From NCBI GenBank assembly GCA_028023455.1, contig JAQFVV010000006.1:434001-498000 (forward strand): a DNA stretch of 64,000 nucleotides, written 5' to 3'. The notes beneath the pieces were generated by a model that was given only the letters and a program-made list of their open reading frames with translations, made no database searches and was not told the DNA's origin. Positions 1 through 13,078 of this stretch are shown piece by piece. A program made the translations under genes and the position numbers. Every line of letters begins with the position of its first letter. Position 1 is the stretch's first letter. Origin of the DNA: Epiperipatus broadwayi (lineage: Eukaryota > Animalia > Onychophora).

Positions 1-129
1 TTCTCTTTATACTTACAAAATAATTATGGTGGAAAAAAAAGATCTCGTAATCCATGACAATTTTCGTATTTATAATCTTAATAAATTGAGAATTCAAGTA
101 ACATCATTACAATATTTAATAATGCCACA

Positions 130-2441
130 CCACAATATAAAGTCATTTATCAGCTTATCATTTCTCGTAAAGACAAAGCTGGTCGGTTTGTCATTATGAA
201 AGGAGATGAGTTCAGGAAGAAACTGGATAGAGAATTAAATAATGGTAAATATACGTTTTTAGAAAAAGATCCAGGTAATGTGATTAAAAGAAAGTTGATA
301 GATATGAAAAAAATGGTAAATTTAAAATTTTTTAATAGAGTATATTATTTAAAATGTTATCCAAATGATTTCATATCAGCTAAGATGTTTTTGAATATTA
401 AGTAAGACTCATAAAGATGGTTTTCCTTTAAGATTTATTTTTGATTTTACAGGTAATGTTGTATAGGGTATTTCTAAATTATTATTCTTTTGAAGTTTTT
501 GATAAGATTAATAATTTGGGTACTGTTCTATTAGTGCGTTGAAACCACTTGATGCCGTTTAGTGGGTGCAGTTAAACCAAATAACCACAACTTTTTTTTT
601 TCTGTTATAACTAACGGCTTGCTTTGTCTCGTGGCGCAGTTTGTGCAAGTGAATGCAATGCTATCTTTTAGCAATGTTAACACTTCGCTACCATACCATT
701 TCAGGGTGGGTGGATTTACAGTTTGCAGAACTATTGCAATCTGTATTCAAAAGTAATTACGGTACAACTTACCTAATGTATTTTAAAAATAATTATAAGC
801 TCATTACCCCGGTTCCGAACCCAACATGAAAGGTATAAATAATTAGAAAAGGTTAGGGGAAACCACAATTTCACTTTTCTCCCGATAAAAGTCACAGTTC
901 GTGAAAACACCTAAGAGAATTCAAACGTCTGACTGTAAAATTTCTCCTAGTTATATCCAGAGACAAAAAAAAATTGTAAAAAAAATACATTTCTTAATCG
1001 TAAATAAAAAAAAAACAATCGAGTTGGAAAATTATTAATCGTTATTAATAGGTGTGTCATTAATGTTATCCACCATACCTTAGTCACATATTCTTTCAAA
1101 GGTATAGCTATTAGAATAAATAAAGATTAATTTTCCTTTTCAAAAATGACCAAAAAAAAAGTCAAATACAGTTCAGTAATTAAAGTATTCTAATTTTTCC
1201 CAGCATGATGTAGTTAGTTATCTGTCAAGCAATGATAGTAGACTCTTTAAAGTTTGCGGGGATGGGATTTCCCATTCTACTAGAATAGAATATTTGCAAT
1301 AATGTCTGTTAATTGATAAGTTTTAATTCTTGCGGATTGCAGAACTAAGATGAAATTTGTAGGCACCTGTTAAAGGTTTAAATTGATCATCGTAAAATTG
1401 TTAATCAAATAAATTTGACAGTAATTTATTAAGGAAATCAATCAATGAATTATGTTAACCCGTATGATAAAATGTCTGAGTGTAAAATAAAATTATCGTA
1501 GCTATAGCCAGAGACAAAAAGAAATTGTAAAAAGAATTACAGTAATTTATTAAGGAAAATAAATGAATTACGTTAAACCGTACGATTATTATTATTATTA
1601 TTTCACAAACAAGGTAGTAGGCCCGGTTACATTATATTTATGTGCGTTTTCCTAGAAACAACACCATCAAGCGGTTTCAACACATTAATCAAACAGTACC
1701 ATAATTTTAAAATGGAAAGTAATTGGGTATTTGGTAGTTTAGATATCGAGAAAATGTATCAATCTGTTAATAGATTAAGCAGTATATATTATTATGTCTG
1801 TGTTGGTTAAGCAAGGATCTTTGTCAAAAAATAAAATTAAAGTAATCAAGATTTGCTTTTATTATTAGAGGATTCTATGTATTTTATTTATAATGGTAAT
1901 TTTTTAAAAATTAAAGAAGGATGGATAATAGATTATATTATTTCTCCTTTAGTTTGTTTACTTTATATTAATTTTTTGGAAGAGGAAATTATTATTAAAA
2001 AGAATTGTTTCTATTTAAAGTTATTTGTTAGATATGTGGATGATTGTTTGTTTGTAGTTGAGAATGATAAATTGAAGGAATTGGTAAATGAGTTTAATTG
2101 TTTTGATCCTTCTATAAGATGTATGGTAGAAGGAGGGGGGTTATTAGATTTTGTTAAGCTAAAATTTTTAGATCTTTCAGTGATTAGAAATGTAAAAACT
2201 AATTGTTTAATATGTAGTCATTATGTTAAAAGTAAAGAATTAGGTCTATAATTAAGCCTGATAGCTATCAGTCTGTATCTCATAAAGTAGCTGCTTTAAG
2301 GAATTATTGTCATAGGAATATTAAATTAAATAATTCTAATGGGGTAGCTTTGTTTCAGAAAGGTCAATTTTATAAAGATTATTTGAGTGTTGGCGACTCT
2401 GATAAATTTGTTAAAAGTTATTTTACTTAATAGTAATATTT
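130..2441 (+). mobile_element. Penelope-like retroelement PLE-A, decayed RT region (copy 1)
   Basis: DKAGRFVIM..E...K...L....Y..L..DP motif, SLDIEKMY, RYVDD, KFLDL; stops and frameshifts. Confidence 0.85.
519..1700 (-). mobile_element. Merlin-like non-autonomous DNA transposon inserted in PLE-A RT (copy 1)
   Basis: Imperfect TIRs of about 36 bp starting GGTAC; 8-bp TSD ataatttg/ataatttt; Cys-pair zinc-ribbon-like remnant on the minus strand. Confidence 0.75.
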
Positions 2442-2998
2442 AATAATAAGCTGACACATTGCGGTGAAACTTTTCTATATAACAATTTATGTAGGCTTAG
2501 CGCTTTCAGAGTTTTGTTACTCCATAATCATAGTCTCATGCAAAACTATTTTTTTATATTATTCATTTTCTGGCAATGGCAAAACAAGTGCCTCTTCTAT
2601 TTATTGAGTTGATGTTGCTGGTAATAAAACAAGCTTTCTTGATTTTACTCTTGATGACATTCCTCTCTGTGCATAATTTATCAGCCTTGGAGAGTTCAAA
2701 TCTGTGGTTGAGCTCATGCTGATGGTCAGCAAAAACGGAATGGCCTTCTTTTTTGGTTTTTAGCTCGTGTATATGTGTATTTTGTGTTGAGCTAATCTAT
2801 TGCCAAGTGTGGCACGAGTCTCACCATAATAAATAGCACCACACCCTGTCTGAGGGCACACAATTCTACATACTACCTGGGGGGGTTGCATCAATGTTTC
2901 TTTTATCTTTAGTATTATTAATGAGCCTATTGGTGTTTAGAGGGCTCTAAATCCTAGTTTGAATTCTTTATGTAATATTTTATTAAAGTTTTTTGCTA
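2442..2998 (-). mobile_element. PLE-B 3' fragment (GIY-YIG), truncated by the gap
   Basis: Same sequence as 18098-18652. Confidence 0.85.
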
Positions 2999-3498
2999 NN
3001 NNNNNNNNNNNNNNNNNNNNNNNNNNNNNNNNNNNNNNNNNNNNNNNNNNNNNNNNNNNNNNNNNNNNNNNNNNNNNNNNNNNNNNNNNNNNNNNNNNNN
3101 NNNNNNNNNNNNNNNNNNNNNNNNNNNNNNNNNNNNNNNNNNNNNNNNNNNNNNNNNNNNNNNNNNNNNNNNNNNNNNNNNNNNNNNNNNNNNNNNNNNN
3201 NNNNNNNNNNNNNNNNNNNNNNNNNNNNNNNNNNNNNNNNNNNNNNNNNNNNNNNNNNNNNNNNNNNNNNNNNNNNNNNNNNNNNNNNNNNNNNNNNNNN
3301 NNNNNNNNNNNNNNNNNNNNNNNNNNNNNNNNNNNNNNNNNNNNNNNNNNNNNNNNNNNNNNNNNNNNNNNNNNNNNNNNNNNNNNNNNNNNNNNNNNNN
3401 NNNNNNNNNNNNNNNNNNNNNNNNNNNNNNNNNNNNNNNNNNNNNNNNNNNNNNNNNNNNNNNNNNNNNNNNNNNNNNNNNNNNNNNNNNNNNNNNNN
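2999..3498. other. Assembly gap (500 N)
   Basis: Run of N. Confidence 1.
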
Positions 3499-4265
3499 GG
3501 TTACAGAAATTTAGAGTTACAAAACTATTGAGTTAAATAAATTTTACAAATATTAATTCTCTATAATTTCTTTCATCACTAATTAATTGGTTTTTAAGAA
3601 CTGTTTAAAACAAAATTCAGTGCCCAAATAACTTTCTTGATGTTCAAAAAGAAAATTTGTTGCATATATGCTAAATAAATACATGCAAATATTGAATATT
3701 ATGGCTCTAATTACTTTCAAAAAACTATCTCAAAATATTTTAAAGATAGAATACTGCACTCATTTTTATAGAGAGAGAGAAAAAAATAAAGTATCATCCA
3801 CAAATATTAACATCATGATTTAATAGATGGATTTCACATTAATATTCATGAGTGATGCAAGAAGTCAGCATTCAATCGTAGAATAAAAGCAAATGAAGCT
3901 ATTTAAAATGAAATGGTTTTTTATTTAATGATGGAAATTAAAAATGTTTAGATGGTTATAACATAGGAATAACAATAGATACATCAAAATAGTTTTTAAT
4001 TGGTTTATGTGTAATATTTCTTAAAATGAGATAGATAATAAAAAAAATAAGGAATGATGCTGGAATAATGATTTCGTAGTAATGAGGAAGAAATAGTCTA
4101 TTGTGGTATATAAATTGTATACAACAGAGTTTTGGATTTCATTTTAAGAAGAAACAATTTTACATAGTTGAGATTTATAAGGTAAGTAAGTATTTAATAA
4201 ATAATTAGAATACATAATTGGTAATTGACACTTCATTTAAAAAGACAAAGAAAAACATTCCTTTT

Positions 4266-4382
4266 TAGTAATTGTCTTCAAAGTTCTGGACTTGTTGTAT
4301 AGAAAAATAATATTTAGGATTTAATAGTAATTGTCTTCAAAGTTCTGGACTTGTTGTATAGAAAAAATAATATTTAGGATTT
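4266..4382 (+). repeat. Near-perfect tandem duplication (period about 59 bp)
   Basis: tagtaattgtcttcaaag...tatttaggattt twice. Confidence 0.9.
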
Positions 4383-5399
4383 GAGCTAACTACAGCTTAA
4401 TGGATAATAAAATGTATGTAATAATAGACTCTTTACTTAATTAAAACACACCCCCTCTATTTGAACTTCATACCTTTCAATTATTGTGCCATTAGGAAAA
4501 TGACAATTTTTGTGTTCACATTATCACTATTCTTTAAGCTTACTCAAGCTGTTTACACAGAAGCAAAATTCTCCATCTATTGATTAGTCTGGCTTGCACT
4601 AAGAGGTGTTACTGTGTGGAGAGTTTTGCCTCTGTGTAAATATCTTCTTGTGCATACTTTCATATTTATTGTGAAACTTGAGAGTCATCTAATGTTATTG
4701 TTGAAAATTCATAACAATAATAACAAGGAATAATTTTAGTTCCAAGACCAGACTGAATGTGGAATATAAGATATTACATTTTGCAATTTGTTACATGTTA
4801 ATGAATTTCCTTTCTGAATTAACAGAACACATGATCATCAAAGTGAATTTTTGATTAATAAATCTAATATCATGACGAGTATAGCTTTCATAATGACAAT
4901 TAGCTTTATCATATAATTTTTCAAACTAAATAAATCGTTGGTCAAATAAAGCATATACATATATCAATAGTAACAATCAGTAAAATGATTAGCTTCATGA
5001 TTTTCTAAAATAGATTTTTCAGTATTTTTGAATATACACAACTGACATTTAAAAACTTCAATATTAATTACTGTCACAGTCTTCTCTTGCATGTTTGTTT
5101 TTGATGACTCTGGACAGACTGTTTCATATAGATATTATCTTGTATTACTATATTATTTTTATAGCAGTTGTGGTTTAATGTATGTAGTATTGAAAAGATT
5201 TTTCATTTACTGGACTTATTTCCTCATTATTTGAACTATTTCCTACATCAGTTTTAGAATTGGAATTGTAAGAAAATTCTCTAAATGACTTCTTTGATGA
5301 AAATTTAAAATACTTGTTACAGAAGTTTTAAAACTGCACAATTGGTACAAATAAAGTTTTTTTTCCTGTGTGCATTTCTTCATGAATTACTACATTTGA

Positions 5400-5775
5400 T
5401 TTTGCAGGTTTTATATTCAGACAAATAGCACTGGTGCAGCTGTTTCTGCATGAATTTTTTTATGAATTCTTACATTTATAAGAATTTTTTCTATTAAGAA
5501 TTTTATTATGTATTTTAAGAGAATTTTTCACAGCAGTCTTGTAGTTGCACATATTCCATTGATAATGCTTTTCTCCAGTATGTTTACTCATGATTTTTTA
5601 AGGAACCTCTAAGCAGTTTCATAATCACAAATTACATTGATAAGGCTTTTCTCGAGTGTATTTAATCATGAGCTCTTAATGAATTTCTAGGAGCAGTTTC
5701 ATAATCACATAATAAACCTTCTGTAGTGGCTTTATAATCACAAATTACAATGATAATGTTTTTTTTACTGTCCGA
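5400..5775 (-). pseudogene. Decayed C2H2 zinc-finger repeats (downstream part)
   Basis: Minus strand reads HTREKPYQCNLCDY and HTGEKHYQWNMCNYK, with frameshifts and stops. Confidence 0.75.
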
Positions 5776-5778
5776 GAT

Positions 5779-8700
5779 TTTTTTTTTTTATTTAAATAAA
5801 AAACCTTTATTAACACAATAAATATTTACAATTTATACAAGTAATTAAACAAATGATAAATATGTTAGTTTTGTATACCAAAACCCAAAGAATTTGATAT
5901 ATTTCACTATTAAGACAAACATTCTGCAGGCAATTAACTAGTTATCTTAAACTGGAGGAGATTGACTTGTATCACTGTACTAGAATGACATTCTAAGACA
6001 TGCAATTCAAATGAGTAAACCATGTAACAAAATGATTGATTAGCCCAAGGAATAAGCCACACATAAGAATTAAACCTTTATTCAAGACAAATGTTCATCT
6101 GATAATCTCACATAGTTATTTCAGGACCACCCCGGATTCGATTTGTCTTCCTTGGCAAGTATCTTAGACATTGACTAAAATAAGTTTCCCAATCACTATA
6201 GAGTTTTTTCAGCCATTTGAATTTCTTGTCAAATATCATAGTACATCGTATATACCATATTGTCTTAAGGGTATGCACAGTCATCATTGTATTGTGAGGG
6301 TTAAATTTGTCAATGTATTGACTAAGTAAAAGTTTTAAGTTTATGATTGGCCTGTGGAACACTTTAGCTCTTATCGACCTAAATGCCAAACATTCTTTCA
6401 ATAGATTTGCACAGCAAACAGACTGGATCTAAATTCATATGTAGTCTTTCATTTAGAACCTTAGTAGTTGGAAACAAGCCATTCACTAGTTTGAAAATAA
6501 ATTTCAAATAGGATTGGGGTGCATATATAGAGTGGAACTTTTTCAACACATTTTTCTTTGATATATCCAACCATGCATTGCCATGACTTTTGAAATGATT
6601 CATTAAGTCTTTATATTTAATACTTTCCAAACTGGACACCTTCATATCATCCTGGAGATCCTTATAAGCAATGAACAGATCAGCTATAAAAGATCTTCCT
6701 TTACATCCTATTTCGTTAAAGGCGCCGTCAAGATCAACTGAAGGCCCAAAAAATTGACTTTTAATTAAGTTAATAAATGTACTTGCCTTGATGTAAGATA
6801 TGTATAGCTCTGGATCAATCAGGCCAAGACCTCCTTTTTCTTTTGGCATCTGTAAGGTTGATATTGAGATCCATCTTGAAGCTCTACCCCAGACATATTT
6901 CTTTGCAATTTGGTTTATTCTGAGTATTGTTGTTATGTAGGGTGTATAGTATGCCAAAATCCCTGAAACAATGGAATTAAAAAATTGACGCTCTTGTAAT
7001 TTCATATAATTTAAGTGATGAAAAATTACTTATTTTATCTTCAATTTTTTTAATAATTAATTTATTCAAGTAAGTGTTCATTTTGCTGCAAGAGGAAAAG
7101 CCTGTGGAATGTCCCTCTTAGGGATAAAAAAAATCAGATCTCATAAAGTTTTTAAGAGATTCTACTATTTTTAATATAATTTTCAACTGCATTCGCCAAC
7201 CATATGTGATCTGGGATTAAAAGACGGAAGGACTGAATCAAATATGTCTAATGGACCAGATCGAAAGCAGCCCTAAAATCTATTTAGATAGCATAATATT
7301 GGGTTAAGTTTAAATCCCTTGCATATTTACTAGCCTCGTGAATTTTTAAGGCAGCATTTACTGCACGTCTACCCTTAATGGCATGGTGGGCAAATGATAT
7401 TCTAGTACTGATAAGGTGATGTAATTTTTTCAAGAGAATTCTAGCCAGAATCTTCAAATCAATATATTCTACAGAAATATGTCTCAGTTCATCAATTGTT
7501 GGACTTTGCACTAATTTATCTTTTTTAATGCTAAAAATTACTCTGTTGCTAATAAAGGGCCACTCAATTCTCTCATAACACAACTGATTAAAAAATCACA
7601 TTGCAAATCTGAGAGCATAGTCAAGTTGTTTATAAACAGAGGCTGGGATTATGTCATTTGCTATTATTGATTGTACTTTGAGGATATTAATTTCATCTTG
7701 AATATCCTGATTTGAAATATACTCTTTCTGTTCCCATTATGATACTACTGTACTGATCAATGAAACCTGTACTTACACCAAATTTCATTTTTAAATTTTC
7801 AAATATGTAATTATCAACATAGATTCCAGAGGCAAAGCCATCATCATCCTTGGTGATACTGGCAATACCCCTAAAAACGGGGGATATATAATTTAGCATA
7901 GTTTATCATGGGTTTTGATAATTTACTCAAGTTAGGAATTAATTTCCTGAGCCATATTGTACGAGCAGCTTGATGCATAAGTTGATATAAGCTGTTGTAT
8001 TCATCTTGTAAACTATTTATCAATGGATGATTAGGTCTGAGGTAGGTAATATTGCGTAAGACTCTGAATTTCAGAGATTCTATTTTTCATTTGATTCATT
8101 GATAAAATATTCTGTGCATTCTTATAACATATTCTAGAGAGATCTTTTTTAATTTTAAACCAAGCAATACAGGGTGGTAGGCCTGAACATTTTGTATAAT
8201 TAATGACAGTCAATATAACTGATAATTGGTCAATCGAGAGCAAAACTCCATCTCTAATGTTTCTCCTAATAGAAAATCTACATTGATTTGATAATAGTTA
8301 TAAAGAACTAACTTTAAACAGAGGTGATCTGAAAAACCAATCAGAGATGTATTAATAGTTGACTCATTTAGCTTATACCCCGACACAAAGAAAAGGTCTA
8401 TAAGAGATGAGAATCTGCTATTAAAGAAAGTATATGCATTATCTGGATATCTTTCATGCAATGAATTATAGTGAAATTTCTTTCATTTTATTTTGTAATG
8501 CAATAGGAAGAGATCGAAATGTACAATTAAAGTCACCACCCAGAATTATAATATCTGGTGTCTGTAAGAACTTATTTTGAACATTATGGATTATATTTGC
8601 AATATCATTACACTTAGCTACAGAGTATACAGCAATCAGATAATGCAAGACTGCCTGATAAACAAAGGAAACTACAATATAGCTTGTTTGTAAAGACAAT

Positions 8701-8830
8701 AACTGAATTTTTTCAATCTCTGAATGCATATATAATAAAACAGCTGCACCTTGAGCAGGCCTATCATTAAGTTTAAAAAGCAAAATATTCTGTTGAGATA
8801 ATTTATCAATTATATAAACAAGTGCATTAT
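5779..8830 (-). mobile_element. L1/Tx1-type LINE ORF2 remnant (APE endonuclease, RT, zf-RVT) with poly(A) tail
   Basis: GGDFN, FSDH, DLKILARIL, KGGLGLID and a C-terminal CLLC motif; AATAAA followed by an A run at 5779-5789 on the minus strand. Confidence 0.88.
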
Positions 8831-8849
8831 GACTGCAAGATTTTGTGTG

Positions 8850-9500
8850 ATTATCAGGATGCCTTCTTTTTATATATTTTCTTAATAATCCTTTTTCAGC
8901 AGCTTTATAATCACAAAAATTACATTTGAAAGGCTTTTCTCCAGTGTAAATTCTAATATGGTTTTCTAAAATATTATTCAATGAAGCTTTGTAATCACAC
9001 AAATTACACTTATAAGGCGTTTCTTTAGTGAGAGTTTTTCTATGAACTGTTAAACCCCATTTTTTAGTGTGTTATAGTTACACATAGTACATTGATGATG
9101 TTGTTTTATTTTAGTATTATAATGCTTCTTTCTAAGGTGAGTTTTATTATGTCTTTCTAAATAACTTTTATTAGTAGTACTAGAACCATACATTACACTA
9201 ATGATGAATTTGTTCATCATTGTTGTAAGGCTGTTCTGTAGGGTGTTAATGTCTATAAAAATTCCATTTTATATCTGTGCTATAACTACAAAGTTGACAT
9301 TGATATTTTTCTTTTGACGTAATATGGTTGTAATATAACAGTACAAACATTTTTACAACCACACAAGCTACACTGATAGAACTTCTATTTGAGGGTTCAT
9401 GTCTTTTTAATGCAATTTTATAAACAACTCTTCAATGACACAAGTGGCAGGATTGTTTTTTTCCAGTGTGAATTCTTTTTCGAAAACAAACTGCAATAAA
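8850..9500 (-). pseudogene. Decayed C2H2 zinc-finger array (upstream part)
   Basis: KRIHTGK, YQCQLCSY, HQCTMCNY, PYKCNLCDY...TGEKPFKCNFCDY; frameshifts. Confidence 0.8.
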
Positions 9501-9779
9501 CTCTTCAACATTTAATTTTATGTTTTTATTTTACGAAAGATTATTTTAATAATTTTTTTAGATAAAATTATATGTGTGCCAATATCAATATTGGTGCAAT
9601 AGATAATGCATTTAACTGATATTCACACTTTGTAAAATTATACTTTTGAAGAAGTTTTAATTTATTAAAAGAATGTGAGGCACTTGGAATTATCACAGGC
9701 AAAGAAATATGACTTAATCATCATTTCAAACATTCTCAATCTATTGCAGAATGGAGGGTGTCTCAGTTTAATCCAGTTT

Positions 9780-9990
9780 TCTGATCTATTTTCAACATCA
9801 GATCAACAAAATTTCATATTTCTTTCAATCTACCTCGCATGTAGTCTCTAGATCTTGTTTTTGATCCCTTCTACCATCTTGTTATGCCAATATACATCTC
9901 TCCATATTTTGTTGACTGATCAGAAGTCTCTATAGCTCTTTTGTTAAAAGCCGAAGTCTCAGGTCCACAAATAAGAACTGTTAATATACT
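9780..9990 (-). mobile_element. RTE-type LINE fragment
   Basis: VLICGPETSAF resembles RTE VL.YG.ETW; degenerate. Confidence 0.45.
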
Positions 9991-12900
9991 GAAATTTTTT
10001 TTTTTTGCAAGGTATAGATATATTTCTTTGTATCAAAAACAATACTTTCAAGTTAAATTTTGATGATTCTTATCCATTATATTTCGATGTTAAATCAGGC
10101 AAGCATAACAAATGGGGATCATGTTATATTTCTATGTGTATTAATAAATTTTCAAGAGTTTTATTATGAATAATAAAGATATTAATAAGATAGTTAATAG
10201 TTGAACTGCTAGTTTGCTAGTTGAGTATAATAAGATCACTTAGATCTCTTCAAAAGTTTCGTATCTCCTGAGAGGTTATTATATATTTGAAGTCTCTATT
10301 TTGCAAGCACCTTACTACTCACATTATGTCAGAGATAATCCAAATACATTCTTCACCAGCACCCTTTCTTTATTTCCAGAACAACTATATTTTATTTTGA
10401 CTTTTCAAGACGTTCTTTTTGTTTCACCTTTAAACATGTTTGACACTCATTCACAACATTGCACATTTGTCACACAGAGTTGACTTGCATTTTACATCAT
10501 TATGCAACTGCTTTTGCAGACTGCTGAATTCTTCTACAGACCCATTATCACTGTTCTAATAGCATTATCAATGGAACATTATTACTTGGTAAAAATAAAA
10601 TAACATCTACAGTTCTAAGGAAAAATATTAGGTGCTTCATTTTTTTTTACTATTGTAACCAGATGCCTAGATAACTATCTTGAAAAAAGATAATTGGGAC
10701 ATGTTTAGCAAGAAATGTAGCTAAACTCCAAGCATATAGGATGATAGTCTATTCACTCAATCACAAATAATGATGAGCATACTAAGGATCATTATAAGAT
10801 TAAAACTGATTGCTGATAATTTTGGCTCCAGTGGTTACATTTATTGCTCATCATATATATGTAACTTATGATGCTGGAGGTGGCTAGAATATTTCTTAAT
10901 TTAGACCTGTTATATTATTGAAGTCCAATAATGGCACTACTAGCAACATGGGTTTGAACTTATAGCCTTTAAAGGACATCGCATTAACATCGAATCATAG
11001 CTTTGGAGTTCATGAAATTCATTTGCAATGTTGCACTACTAAGCTAACTTGGTGAAATGCATAAAGGAAAACTTAAACAAAAAAATATATGACAAGGAAT
11101 AGTTTATTTTCAGTAATAATTGCATATAAATTTATCTTTACATCCCTTCAAATAATGGATGGTATGGCCTTTGACAAGGCATCTGCAGCTTTAGTTAACC
11201 ACATTATCTTTTTTTTTATTAATTTAGATAAAATATATAAAAAAATTATTTTATTACCCAGATAGATGCCCAATGAAGGTTTCAATTATTTATTTCATTA
11301 TTAATACAAAAAGTTACCAATATTAGGTTGTTTTCTATTTCCTGGTGTCAGCCACATGACGGTGCTATTTCTAGGTCACTTCCTAGAAATATACCGTTTA
11401 CAATGGCCTACACCCAACCTAAGAGGCTTCTTTCTATGATAAACACAAAAAGAGCGCTCATGGCGGCGGCCTCAGCCAACCTAAGAGGCTTCTTTCTACA
11501 ATAAAACAGAGAGAGTCCCTGCTAGCCGGTCTGGCTTTCATTCTATGCTAAAAGCACAGACAAATGCCTTTATTGGCTGCTGTAGTTGGTTGTGTTATTA
11601 ACTTTATCGTATTGCAAGATGACTATTTTCTATTGAGTTTGGTGTGAGAGTAGGTGGATTTTAGCGTGTCATAAACACTATTCAATGCTACTTTCTAGAG
11701 ACTGAAATAAACCAAAAACTATAATACTAAATCTCTAAAAAATTAACGTATGCTAAGCACTATTTAATGCTTTTTTCGAAAGACTAGGTAATAAAACAAA
11801 GTGATAATTAGAAAAATGATGGATGGGGGGAAAAATGAACTGCACGACATGTAAAAAAAAATTTTCACTGACTTTCAACACTATTTCATGGAGTATCTAT
11901 AAACAAAAAAACTAATTATCCTACTTTCAAAAATATAATACAAAATTTCATCAATATTTGAAAAATAAAAGACTTTTAACAGTAGTTTTTAATCTGTATA
12001 TATTCCTTTATGATGAAAATGTCACGTGACAAAGGTACAGTAGTTCATAATTTTTACAGCAGGGACTTAGACTAAATAGAGCCTAAAAAAGTAAGTTTTC
12101 TTACATCCATTTCATTTATTAATCTTCGTGTAAAAAGTACATTTATAGTTAGATATACTTTATTTATAGTTATATATACAGTAAAGACCGCTAGATGTAC
12201 ATTCCAAGTGAAAAGTACGCATAAAAATGTAAGTTTTATTCCTTTTTTATTTATTAATATTTCCATTTAGACAGAGTTTATTTCTTGTTAGATAAACTGA
12301 TTTAAAGTTGGATCTTTCTAATTGTGTCTATCTCCACTCTATTTATAGTTAATTTATTTACAGTTATATATACAGCGAAGACCGCTATAAGTGAAAAATA
12401 CGCACGTAAATGTAAGTTTTTTTTTTTCTTTTTTCTTTTATTAACATTTACACTTAGATATAGTTACATACACTTATTAAATTTGGATACAGTTATTAGA
12501 GGGGAAAAAGTAGTTCAGTTTTTTAAAAATAGAGGGCGAATGGTTCGGGTAGCTAAAAGTCAGTTTTACCCATTTATTTTATAAATTTTGCGTGTGATTA
12601 TAATTACAATAGAATGACAGCCTGTTAAGCTAATTGCGCAGACGCTGTGAGAATGTTATTAATAAATGAATACCTTCGAACAACCACATGATATAGTATT
12701 TGTATAAGAGTAAAAAGGAATCCTCTTACCCTTACGACTCAAATGTTTATATATGAGCAAATCTAAAGTAGTTGTAACGAAGGCTTGACTACATAATAGT
12801 CACTTTAAATCACTATATATGATGTCTGTATTAAGACATACAAAGAAAGTGAAAGAGAAGAATAAGAGAATATGTAATGAAGTTGTTTTAATTTTTTTAA

Positions 12901-13078
12901 ATGTGAAAAATCGATATCTAGAAATAGAAAATTGAATTATTAGAATCCTTTAATCGGAAGTTATTTTTCTAACAATTATAATTTATTGAATTTAAATTGT
13001 CAAAAAAAAAAAAAGACAAAGAATTTTACATGTAATTAAGTCCATATGTAAATATTTTTATTTTTTAATGCTCTATAA

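Larger units (their letters stand above)
1..2998 (+). repeat. Near-identical duplicate of 15653-18652 (composite PLE/Merlin/PLE block), ending at the gap
   Basis: Collinear throughout, with scattered substitutions and homopolymer/(ATT)n length differences. Confidence 0.95.

Noticed and set aside
562-756. Plus-strand ORF, and 16217-16490 equivalents
   Set aside because: Antisense to the transposase remnant inside the Merlin-like element; no protein motif.
2959-3531. ORFs of 190 and 173 aa in the track
   Set aside because: Artefacts of reading through the N gap.
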